Below are positions 26,782-39,050 of a DNA stretch of 64,000 nt, piece after piece. Under the pieces are notes generated by a model. The model searched no databases. It was not told where the DNA came from and worked only from the letters and a program-made list of their open reading frames with translations. A program made the translations under genes and the position numbers. Each line of letters starts with the position of its first letter. The stretch's first letter is position 1. Source of the stretch: Podarcis gaigeae (Eukaryota); the NCBI GenBank assembly GCA_964106915.2, contig OZ066925.1, one strand, 5' to 3'.

Positions 26782-27999
26782 CAAGCTTTCTGGTGCTTTT
26801 TCAGAATCAAATTACACACCTAGAGTGCAACTGTGATTTAAAAGCAAAACAAATACACTAATCAATATTAGTCTCACATGAGTACTTTTGTACTGTAACT
26901 CCTCCTATAAGTCTCCCTATTCCACTTTCAATTTCTTTCTTACTTCCTATTTCCCATTCTCAGACTATGTCTTAAAGATTTTGCAAACTCATAACCACAT
27001 CAACAGAAGAAAAAGCTGGGTTAGCTGCATGTGTGGGAAACTGAATAAGAGCACAGATGCCACAGTCTCTCACTTTCATTAAAAACTGAGACTTACTATA
27101 AATATAGATATCAATTTCAGTTTACAGAGTACAGAGGATTCCACAAACAATATACTGTAGGGTGCACGTAAACTAAGGTTTTTCTGCAATCCAATAGTCA
27201 TGCTGAAAGGGGATGGGGCACATCTGCACCACTTTGTAATAGGTCACCATCTGCGGCCCATTTCCTGGTTGCTCACATGAAATCTCATACCTCTAAACAC
27301 GCATAAGCTTTTGTGAAATGAGAGGGGAGCTGAAGTTTCACATTGCCCCTTGACTTGGACAATGTCCCATCCCTCCTCTTTCTCTAGCACATGCATCTAT
27401 TCACCTAGACACCTTGACCCCTTTTTCAATGCACTGAATCAAACACATAGGTACACAGTTGCAATTCTAAAGATTTGGCATTTGCTGTAACAAATAATAG
27501 TAAGCCCAGACATGAAATTCTAGAAAAAGTACATGCATGCACACTGGAAACATAAAAAGATTAGTTCCAAGGTGTCACCCTTCGGGTGGAAGAGAATTCC
27601 TGAAGATTTTCATGATAGACAAGTTCACATGAAGGAATGACAGTTTATTCCATTCTCCAGTGCTCCTTCTAACTAGTCACAAACTATGTAGCCCTGCAGC
27701 CACCTCTCACAAATAGGATTAAAAAACAATCTGGATCAGCTGGATCTTTTGTACTATCATGCATGTACTCGCATACTCTAAGTTACGACCGCAACAGTAA
27801 CATATTCCAGACGTAAAGGAAACTCATACAGCTCATCAGAGACAAGCAGAGACACACTGTGCTCATTATAGCAAGCAAAACAGCAACACAGCCACTCAGC
27901 TGGGCACCAGCCAACTGCTCTCCCTCCACTAATCCAAACAAATCTACCATCAAAGGATAAGTCAGTAAACGGTGCCCCTTTCCTCCCCTCCCCCAACAC

Positions 28000-30250
28000 T
28001 CTCCTACCACAAACAGGAAGTCTCCTCATCCAGCAGACACCATCCAGCCAAAGGACGCTCCGGCAGAGGCAGTCGGGAGGAAAGGGGCAGTCACATGACA
28101 GCTAACTCTCTCCCTTTGACAAACACGTTTTCTGGCTTCTTACCTAGGTTTAGGAGACAGGAGGAGGAGCAAGACTTTTCGAGGACGTGCCAAAAAGTGC
28201 AAAGGGATATCGACGTAGCAGGCAGGGGCAATTTTGCTAAAAGCAAAAAAGCGCACGTTGCCCATACTCTCTTAAGCTCACGTCGAAGTGTTTTGATACT
28301 GCTCGGTACCTTTCCCTTCCTGCCTACTTTCACTACTAAGGGCGAAGGAAGGAAGGGCGGGCAGGCACTCACACAGGATGAGGAAGTAACGACTAGGGCG
28401 ACACACGCAACTTACTCGTTCACACACAAGGATAGAACACCTTGTTTCTGACATTGCTGGCCACCCCTCCTCCAAAAGCACATGCCCGGCCGCCCTCAGC
28501 ATCTTTGGAGGGGGGTCCACCCATCTCCCTTTTCCCAAAACGGGCCCGCCTCCTTGAGTTTTAAGCATCCACGAACACAGCCAGCAACAGAGTTAACAGG
28601 AGGCAGGGGGACGGGGGGAAGGCGACCCACGCCTGCAAGCAAGGAGGGGAAAGACGTGGATGGCGCACTCCATAAAGTGGTGACTTGTGACGCGTGTGTG
28701 AGAGACAGAGAAGAGACTGGGGGGGGGGAGAAAAAGAAACACCTCCGAAAGCAGCCCCCCGGCCCTCTCTCTCTGTGTGTCTTTACCCCCCCACCCCACC
28801 ACCACCCAAGAGAGGTTGGCCGAAGCAGGCCCGTCTCACTCACCTTGATGCACTGCGACATTGCAGCCATGCCCGTCGCAGTAAACCAGCGGATTCTCGG
28901 CCCAGCCCCTCTCGTCGGAGCAAACGCAGCAGCCGCCGATCATCTCCTTCATACTATTGGAGAACTCACCCTCCAGTGACACAGGCAGCAACAGCGGCTC
29001 GCTAGAGACCATCTAAGGGTTAAAAACACCGTCAGCACGACACCCCCCGGCACCGGAGAGACCCCGGCCGCCGCCGCCGCCGCCTCAGTTCTTGCCCCGC
29101 AGCACTCCGCCTTCAGTCGCTCAGCCACCGCCGCCGCCAGTACCGCCTCCATAGCAGGGACGTGGGACCCATGGCCGCTGGTGGCAGCGGCGGCGGCGGC
29201 AGCAGCAACAGCAACAGCCGAGCGGCGGATAAGGGGCTCCTTCCAAGTTCCTCGCAGGGCGCCGGCTCGGCCGGGCAGGTACCCAGTCCGTCTTGGGAGA
29301 TCTCCAGCAAGGAATTAAGGGCTTGCTGGCAGCGGCAACAGTCCTGCGAGCCGCACGGACTGGGGGGGGGGGGGGAGCGGAGAGAGAGAGAAGGCGAGGG
29401 GGAGAGAGACAGCAACGCGAAAAAGGCAACAGAAGCAGGGGCCTGCTGCACGCAGGCGCACTGCAACGCCTCCTCGGCGAAGGCCCCGCGACGCGGCAGC
29501 AGCAGCAGCAGCAGCAGCAGCCTTCGCTCTCTCGCTTTTCCTCCTCCTTTTCCCCCGCGGTGGCTCATGGGCCGACAGCAGAACACGAGCTCGCTGGGCG
29601 AAGTTCTGCGTCGCGCGCTGCCCTGCTGGCTCTCAACCGTTGTTGTTTTTTTGTGCGGGTGCCCAGTCAGAGCGTGCGCGTGACGGGGGCGGTCGAGGTG
29701 GGGGGGTGTCCCCTGGGGCGGAGGGCCAAGTGACAAATATACACTCCCGCTGCCGGGCTCCTCCTGCCTTGAGGGACTCGTGCTCTTGTGTGTGGTGCGA
29801 GTGCCAAACTAGGCCCGGCCCGAGCCGTGCGCCTCCTCTCTTACACGTGTTAACTTATCATACAACGATGGCACCACACACTCTTCTGTTCCCGAGGGAT
29901 CCCAGCGCCGCCCGCGCGCGTGTTTTTCGTCAGTCTCTCTTTATTTCCCTCAGGCCGCTGTGACACCTTGAGGAGCAGCGGGATTTATACTTTCCCGCTC
30001 CTCGCTCCGTCACACGCACCGCATCCTCTCGTGTGTTTACGACGCCAGGCAGCTGAAACAGCTGGGCAGAGTCAAAAGCCTGAGTGAAACAAAAACTATT
30101 GCGATCACCTAGCCTGGCCCTAGAAATTTGATCAGTTTGGGATGGCGGGCGGGGGGGGGGGGTGTGCACGCACACATGCGACCTGCATTTCTTCTGCAAC
30201 AGGCTCTTCTTCTTTTGCATTTCAAGGGATGTTGAATTCCGTTTCTCTGT
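28000..30250 (-). promoter_or_regulatory. MLLT10: MLLT10 CpG-island promoter and non-coding first exon region
   Basis: Dense CpG. NRF1-like CGCAGGCGCA at 29451-29460, GC box GGGGCGGAG at 29715-29723, E-box CACGTG at 29844-29849. The exact TSS cannot be determined from sequence. Confidence 0.8.
28844..29012 (-). CDS. MLLT10: MLLT10/AF10 first coding exon (169 nt): MVSSEPLLLPVSLEGEFSNSMKEMIGGCCVCSDERGWAENPLVYCDGHGCNVAVHQ
   Basis: Manual translation matches the AF10 N-terminus and start of PHD1. Acceptor ttttaacccttag lies directly before the ATG. Donor is G|GTGAGT, phase 1. Confidence 0.97.
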
Positions 30251-33200
30251 TCTTGGCTGATGCGGCGGGATTCCTCTCCCACCCTGATGATCCCAAACTC
30301 CTGGAACAGGAATTCCTTTCAGGGGCACTTCCTTCCTGCTTTAAGGGTCCCCAGCCTCAATTTCGGATTGCTAGCTAATCCTTCCAAAATTCCCCCTTAA
30401 CTTGTTTGAATGTGCTGCATTTCCAATATATATCGTGTCTATGAACAACAATGGGCACCGTGGCATCTAAAAATACTATTTTATGGTGACAAACTTTCCC
30501 AAGTACTCTCTGGAATTCTTTGTTTTTATAGAAACAGCGTCTTAATCTCTCTGTGTGCACATACATACTACTTAGTCAAACTCTATTACCCTAGGTAATT
30601 TTGCTATAAAACACGGGTAATATAGCTATATTCCTTTGGAATTCGGTTTCTCTTGCATCACTTTAGCTGCAAGGGCAGAACTGATACATTTCCACTTTTC
30701 TGTTTGGCTAACCTAGAGACCACTGCACAAATCCTGCAGAAATGCTCATGTTCTCCTTACCTTCATCCTGGCCTCGCCATATCTTTTAGTACCATGCATG
30801 CATAGGTCTTTCTGCATGGCTGTTGTTAAAACTAGAATTGAGCAGACAACACAACCAGGGAAAAGACAGGCTGCCTTATCCCTTTAGAAATATGCACATC
30901 CCCCTAAATTTAGATGTTTTTGTTATCTAGATTAATTTAAAAGGACATGTTTTCCAGATTTTGATCAATGATTGTTGGGTTTGCTTTTATATATTTAAAA
31001 AAGCAGAGTAAACAACGAGATAGTTCAGGTTATCAGAATCCCAAGCTTTTCAATTATCCACTATAAGCAGGTAGAACTGTAGCAGAAGGAACTAATTGTG
31101 GCTACTGTTAAGACTGAAAGGAGATTAAATGCAGCTTTGCAAAATTCTCCTCCACCACTAGCCCCAGGGCTGCTACTTTTGTGAAGGAGAAGGTGAAGGG
31201 AAAGCCTTACAAGTAAAATACCATTGATTTTTCCCTATTATCATGCTAAAGTGACTTTATGCATAGACTGGTAAAATTGTATGATTTTGCAAGACTGCAT
31301 TATTGCCTGACATGAAGACAATTTAAATCAAGTGTACAGTATTAAACCATCTGTATTGTCCTAAGTGTGTGTGTGTGTGTTTTAGAAGTTGTGAAATAAA
31401 GAAGAGTTTAACACATCTGCAGATATGTGGGCTTGTGAAGAGCTGCTGTTTAAAGAGAGAGGAGATGTGCAGAACTATTCTCCTTTGGGATATCAGAGCC
31501 TGCAGTTTATGAGAGGTATATCTTGGGTCAGTTTTTGCTGTCCTTTAAAGTCTGAAGTGAAATTTTCTAGATAGAGGAGGAAGGACAGGGAGAGGGAGTG
31601 GTGAGTGTCATTTCCTACAGAAGGCATAGCTGAGCACTTCGATTAACATAACAGGGTCATTGGAGTGTTTGTGATCTGCCAAATATTCATCTGTATGCTG
31701 CATGGCAATATCCCCCCCAAAGTCCAGTTTTAGCATTTTGAGGCAATAACTTTTGACATACCATACAAAAATGCTTCACAAAGTGCCGGTATTTCAATGT
31801 GCCTGCTACAGCAAAGAAAAAAATATGTAGAATGGAGAGTGATATTTAAAATCCTAGAGCCTAAGTACAAAAACATGTATTGCCTTTCAATCATGTGTAT
31901 TATCTTTCAGTCCTTCAAAGATATGGAAATTAGAAGTATATTGTGTAATTTATTAATTTTCTTATGTTCTGAAAGCTACATTATTATTTAAATAAAATTA
32001 TTTAAAGGATTAGATTCCACTTTAATAACTGTGTTCCTATCAAACCAAACTACTGTTTTAACTAATTCAGACTTTAAAACCATACATGCTTACTTGGAAG
32101 TAAGCCCTACTGAACACAGTGGGACTTATTGTAGAAAAAAAATATAGGATTGTACTGTCAACTCTATTGACCCATATACACCTAAATTATTCAAAAATTA
32201 GCCTGTTCCTATGCATATTTACTCATGAGTAAGCCTCACTGTATTAAATGGGTCTTCCTTGAAAGTGTAGATAGGGTTGCAGCTTTAAATGAGTTGTGGA
32301 TCTGAGTGAAGAGTATTTCAAAGCTTTTTTTGCTTATTTCAGGAAAATGATATCTAAGTTCTAAAAAGTATTCCCAGTGATATTGTTAACCCCAGCATTA
32401 GAACTGTGGCCTAAATTGAACTCTAGTTTGTAGACAGTTTGTTGCTACCTTACAGACTAATTTAATTCTTGTTTCTTCATTGCCCTTTTCATTGGAAATT
32501 TCCCATACACACTATATGCCTTTTAATGGAGACCAAATAAAATGTTTTATTTAAACATAAATCATTCCTCATATTTATTCTTTTTTAATGGAGACCAAAA
32601 GAACTAAATAGATACCAACCACTTCACTACAAAGTAGACCCAGAGTGACTGAAGCAGCATTATTCAACAAGTCAGTCTACATCGACTAGGAACTATTGTG
32701 GGAGACTGAATAAATACAGATAGGTGCACTGACAGATGGAGTTGGACTTTAAGGTAGCAAAGGGAGGGTGAATGTCAGGGATGCTGAGGACTTGGAAATT
32801 TCAGAATTAAATAGCACCAAGGTTCTGCTGTTTAGCAAAGCATACAATGGACAAGAAACCTAAGGGATACAGTACTCTGGAAAAGTACATTGTAATACAA
32901 TTGCAGCCTATGTTTCCTTCCAGTTTGTAAAAGCTTTGGACGTATTTTTTCTTTTGAACACTATTAAGCTTCATATAGTTCTACAATTCATTTTTCACAT
33001 TCAGTATCATTTAAAATTTGGCCCTTCCTAGAATGTAAAGCAACGTCAACTGAAAATCATGCTAAAAGAACTGCCCAAACTAAAATGTATATGTTAGAAA
33101 TGTATTTTGCAAAACCTTTGGATGCATTTTAAACAAATCTCTCTTTTTTAAAGTATATATGCTGTATATTAACAGAATGATCAACATAAAACTTTGATTT

Positions 33201-36200
33201 TGGCACAACCCCCCCCAGGGTAAATTGTATTGCACTATAATAATACATTAAACTTTATTTTAAATTGATTGTACTAACTTTAGTTTCATTTAAGGAATTG
33301 AAATATATAGACTGAAAGAGGGACTATGATCCTATTTTAAAACATTGCAGGGAACTTGATGACAAAATGTAGATAGCCTCTTGGTGGTTTTGTAAAACAA
33401 TGCATTTGGAAAGAACCATTGAAATGCAAAATAGGAAGAGAAAGGCTTTACGACAATGTACTACACACATAGTAAGCCATTAACATCCATATGATATGAA
33501 TGTGGAAACCTTTTGCATCCTATTCCTAAGCACACTACTTGAGGCAAGTTTGAAATCAATGAGATTTACTTTCAAGTTACTTTCAAGGTTTTTAAGTTGG
33601 GGTGTTAGGGTGTGTTTTCAGGAATAGATGTAAAGGCTGATGATAGGGGGAAATGTTTTTGAATTCACAGCTTTTTCAGACCCAGAGATAGAAATATGCC
33701 TATTAGAAAAGGAAAACAGGCAAAGATTGAATTACTATGTATTTCAAATTGGCAGTTTTTTAAAAGATACAATGTAGACAACAAATCAATCCACATATTT
33801 TAAAAGTACATGTAATTTTCTACTATTTTATAACTTTATTTGTTTTAAGCTGCAATCCTATACACACTTACCTGGGAGTAGGTGGCATTGAACTCCATAG
33901 GATGTACTTCTAGGGTTTCATGTTATTTACTTTTATTTTAAATAGGAAATAGACTTTTAAATGTTAGGTGGGGGGAAGTAATGTACAAAAACATTTTCAG
34001 CACTTTTAGCGTCCTGTATCACCTAAATATTTAAAAAATATTTTAAAAACAAGTAGCATCAACCTAAAATTCCAATTTCCTGAAATGCCCTTTATGTTTT
34101 GCATGTGGCTAATAATTCTAAGCATGGATTCAGTAACACATCCTGGGCTTGTTGAGCAAAAGAGCCTGTATTACTTAATCACCTCTTTGTCACAATTAAA
34201 TCAGGTGTAATTTTCTTATTACTCAATAAGAACGAGCATGTGAGGTAAGATAGATATATAAAAGCAAAACCAAAAAAATCTCTTCAAACCCAAACATGTC
34301 TTTTTCATCCTATGTTGAAAACAATTAGGAGGGAAGGAGGGATAAATGGAGGAGGAATAGAAGAGTTGTGTCAGGGCTGTTTGTTTTTGAAGAGTGAGGG
34401 TAGGAATAGATGCTTGCCTAAAGCCGTTAACATGTTAAGATTTTAAAACTGAATCTTTGTCCAAACTTAAATTTTATACTTTACCCAAGCACAAGAAGCT
34501 ATAATATTCATAAAATAATGTGCCTTTTAAAAGTTCTGAGAAAAAATGTAATAGATATTAAGTATCTTCTTATTTGTGTTTATTTTTTAAAAAGCACAAT
34601 TTCTTTACCTTCTTCACTTGCTGAACTTGAATATAGCATTAATTTAAATGTTAATGCTGCTATTTGTTTAATCCTAGGAAATGAAAGCATAATGGTCAGT
34701 CCACAGTGTGGGGTGCGACACTTGTGATTTGAGCCATACACACTACTGCTATATAGTATTTAAAACTATAAGGTATAGTGGTCTGAATTCAGCAAATTAT
34801 TTGCCCTTGCTCAGTTATGAAGAGCATAACATTTTGTCCATGTTTTTTTACTCCCTATGTTAATCCTGTTGTGTTGAGTACTTCAGTCCTAAAATCTACT
34901 TTCCAATTGGTTTAAACAGAACTTACTTTTAAACAAAATGTGCTTATAGAGTTTCTGAGTAAAGCTACACCAGTAAAAACATATATATTTTTATTTTGTG
35001 TGTGTGCATGTACACATAACCGCAGGAATACTTTGCAGCAATATAAATACCAGCTTATATGCAGTTCACCTTTCATCTGCATTTTTTAATGTATTTACAC
35101 ATTTTCCAATTTGTACATACAAGTTTTAAGTCAGTTGTGTGCTGACCAAACTACCTATTAATGTAAGTATAACTTTGACAGTTAAAACTGTGATGGCATT
35201 GTTTGAATCTTTCTCAGAATCTAGCCAGTAAAACCACTAATTTAACTGGTAAGTTGTTTTTAAAGCATCCATTATATTGTTTTAAATTGCACTATCACCT
35301 CAGGAGGCTTTGGGCAAATGCCACTTAACTAGGAGCACCAGTGGATGAAATAGTTGTTTTCCAAGTACTGCTTCTATTATGATAATGCTAGCATTTAATT
35401 GTTAATTTCAGCCTGAGATGTACTGTAAACATGATGCAAAAGAGTGTTTTTTACATAAAACCCCTAGATTAAATATTCTAAGTAAATATTACAGCACAGG
35501 AATTTTTTTTAGCATGGTGGGTAAACATACCTTCAGTTTGAGAGGCCCAAGGTTTACATTTAAGAGCTAATTTATAAAGTTATTCATTGGAATATAGTTA
35601 AGTGCTACTTTCAGCTTATATACAAATATAATTTATTATTATAGGTTTTTTGAAAATTCACATTTAATATAATAATGCTGTACTAATCAGGGGGAAAGAT
35701 AGTAAACTTTAAAGTTTAGATTTAATGTAATTTACATGTAATGTACTGATTTTCTTTGCAGTATCTCAATAAAGATTTGGAATTTTGCTGTAAATGGTTT
35801 GTTTCTGGCAGTAGGGATATTTGAAAGTAGTCTTTCCCCTCATCCACACACACACACCAAAAAGCACAAAAAACATGAAATATGAGCCTATATTTGAATA
35901 GAAATCAAAAGTTTATACTGGTTCATATTTTTGTCAATACTCCTAGGTTGCATTTCCCCTTTTTATTCATGCTTGTTCTTCTATTAGAAAACATCTTTAA
36001 TTCCCTATCATGCATGTAAACTATAAAGCTATTTCAGAATGACTGTTATCACCAGTTAGAAATTATCCATAGAAAAGAGAGGAAAGCAGTTTTGTTAAAT
36101 ATAAAAGCAACTTGCTATACATGAAGCAGATCTCTAGTCAATATTAATTATGTGTCTGGTTTGGGCAGAATCATGTTACTTTTTTTATTTAAGGAGTTTT

Positions 36201-37649
36201 CTCCTCAAATGGGGGCTACTACCTCCCAATCTCAAAAACACACCCAAGAATATGTTAATTAATTGTATTGTGTCTATGAATGGAGTAGCCAAATGCAACC
36301 ATTAAAAAAAAAATCTAACAATGTGTGACGTTTTCTGTTACAGGACACACTTTTTTTTAATATTGATATTACAAACGTAAGGGACAGACGATCCACGTAC
36401 TAATTTTAAACCATTAAAAACCACCTACTAAACACAGAGAAAAGCTAACATGACCGCATAGGCGGGGAGTATCTTGGGAAGCTTAACATTCCGAGCGAAT
36501 TAAGGGCACAAGCCTCGGATCACTTTTTGTCAGTCTCACTGTGGCACTTCAGAGTCGGAATGTGATTTTTTTACATCGTGCTACTCTCATTTAAAAAAAA
36601 AAAAATTTACCCATTTGGCAAGAAAGAAGATGGGAGAAATGTTTCTATTTCGGAAACAAGAAAAGTAGTATGGAACACTGAGGAAAAACCAGACATGCTA
36701 TTTATCCTGTTCCTTCAGCTGTATTTTTTCTTCTGTAATACAGATTTGATTTTAAAATCCCTGTATACGTATTGCCTTATATAAATTATGTGTGCATCTG
36801 AAGGCCTTCTCGCATATATATATATTTCAATATTATTCTAATTATTTGTTACTCAGGATCCGTGATCATTAAAGATTACAACCGCCAATATATTTTTAAC
36901 TATGGTGATGTCTCAAAATATGGGAATTTTAAATTCTGAAATTATTTTCAAAGTGAGGTTTGCCTTATTCTCCTGCATTGACATTTACTATCTAAAGGCT
37001 CCAAAGACAGCAAGTTTTACAAAGAAAAGGAATAAACACAAACGTATTTCAACCCTGTCTCCAGGAAAGCTACCAACAGTTTTCTGCTCCATGGTGTCCA
37101 GAAATACAGCCCTGTTGAGTGCTTTACTGAAGTTCAGAACTTCAATAAATTCCATTTCCCCCCAGAGAACATGGAAATACAATATTTAGAAATTATTCTA
37201 ATCCGCCTTTTAAAATTCCCTCAAGTTGCATGAAACAACAGTACTGTATTGCTAAGAAGCTATTTTACCAGAAAAATGGTTTCAAGTCATATATATATAT
37301 ATATATATATATGTAGACACGCTTACCTCCCCCCATCTAACAAGGCTGGTCGAGTAAACAGTACCCCAGGCGCAACATTTAAAAACAATGTATTATAGAC
37401 ACTTGTTGGATTTTTTTTTAAAGACAAGGTTAAGCAGTTTATTTTCCTTCAAGTAATTAAAATGACCAAAATCAACTCAAATTAACTGAATTGTTTTTAA
37501 GGACAAATGCATTTTGTTTTTGTTTTTACTTTTTAAAGAGAAACACTTCAGAAGGAACAGGCCTTTCGTTTTAAGAACTTTTATTTTTGCCAGCCTCTGA
37601 AAGGAACAATACACGGTTTTTCCAACTTCAGCAACATTTTTTTAAAAAA

Positions 37650-39050
37650 AGAACCCGCTCTTTTCCGAACCCACTCTCCCTTTAGCTCCCTCTTCGTAAA
37701 ATCTAATTATTTCAGCATTTAGTGTTTTTCCTCCTCGAGTTGTTTCCTGCCCCTTTCCCCCCTCCCCTTCCCTCTCGAAAAGTCCTGTTCTAAAAATTCA
37801 CCGCTGAACAGATGTTTCCCTTTGTATCAGGCGAGCTTTTTCTCCCTGGTGGGGTCTTTTACCTTCGGTGAGCTATAAAGCCCAGTGAATAAAACAGCAG
37901 CACTAGAGGAAAACAAGGAAGAAGAAGAAATAAAAAAAAGTCCTCCCTACTTATGGACCAGATAAAACTGCTGCTGGAAACCGGGAGGGAAGAGCATCGC
38001 AAACTCGAACCCAACAATAAAATAAAATAGTGCTTGGGGAAGCTCAACCCCAAAAGCAGAAGCTCGTCCCTTTTTCCTTCACAGCTGCGGCGAGAAAACA
38101 AGGGGAGCCTTCGCGCGAAGAAGGGCGGCAGCGGCGGCTTCCCTACGAGCAATGGGGGGAAAGGAGCCGCGGCTCCCCTTCCTCTCCCCTCACGGAGGCC
38201 GGCCTACCCCGCTCGCTGCTGCCCCGGCCCGCCTGCTGCAACCGAGCACCTTCCCTCCAACTGCACTTCCTGCCTGAATGAGGCCTCAGCTCCTCGGCGG
38301 CAGCTGCTACCGCCTTTCGCAGCTTCCCCTCCCGCCGTCGCCGCCGGCAGCCCCTTTCCTTCCCCCCCTCCGCCCCCCAGATCTCGTCAGGCGGCCTCCC
38401 AGCTCCCCCTGCGCTCTCTCGGCGTCCCTCGCGGCTTCTTTCGTGGGGCCCAGCCCCTTCTGCTCCTGTGGCTACAGGCAGGCAGGCGAGCAGGCCGGCC
38501 TGTAGTTAGTAGGCCCGGCTGCGAGCCTGGCTGGGCTGCTTCTTCCCTCAGGAGGAGCAGCTCCTTCTCTGAGCCCTCCTGCCAGCCAGGCTTAGTCCTT
38601 GCACAAGCAGGCCTCTCAATTGACTCTCGTTTTGTAAGCGACACCCACAAATTCATTATTTCACCTGCTCGCCCTCAACCTCTTTCATCAACGCAAAAAG
38701 GGCTTTGAGGAAGGGGAGAGGGTGGGGGTTATTGAGTTTGGCTGCCCGCCAAGCTCCTCTCCCCTCTTCCCTTACACGAGGGTCCCGGGTTCCAATCAGG
38801 ACGACCTTGCAAAAGCGCCGTGCAAAAAACCCTTTTGCTGCCACTGCCTTGCCAGCTGGCCCCTGTCCTGTTCCCTCGTCCTTCTTCACAGCTGCAGCGC
38901 TGCCTAGAGGAAAAGCGGGGGCTCTGCGCTCTCCTCCAATGCAGCAGCAGCAGCACATGCTGCTTTTTCTGGGGAGTGCTTCTGTGCCCTAACCAAAAAG
39001 GCAAACTTCTTCTTTAAAGCAGCCTTTGCAGCGGTTGGTTGCAGGAGAAA
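37650..39050 (+). promoter_or_regulatory. CpG island, candidate distal SKIDA1 promoter
   Basis: Abrupt GC/CpG rise after an AT-rich spacer; TATAAAG at 37874-37880 at the island edge. Confidence 0.5.

Noticed and set aside
38034-38708. 224-aa ORF and the overlapping ORFs at 28-30, 42-43 and 48-52 kb
   Set aside because: Stop-poor GC-rich or microsatellite sequence, mostly with non-ATG starts.
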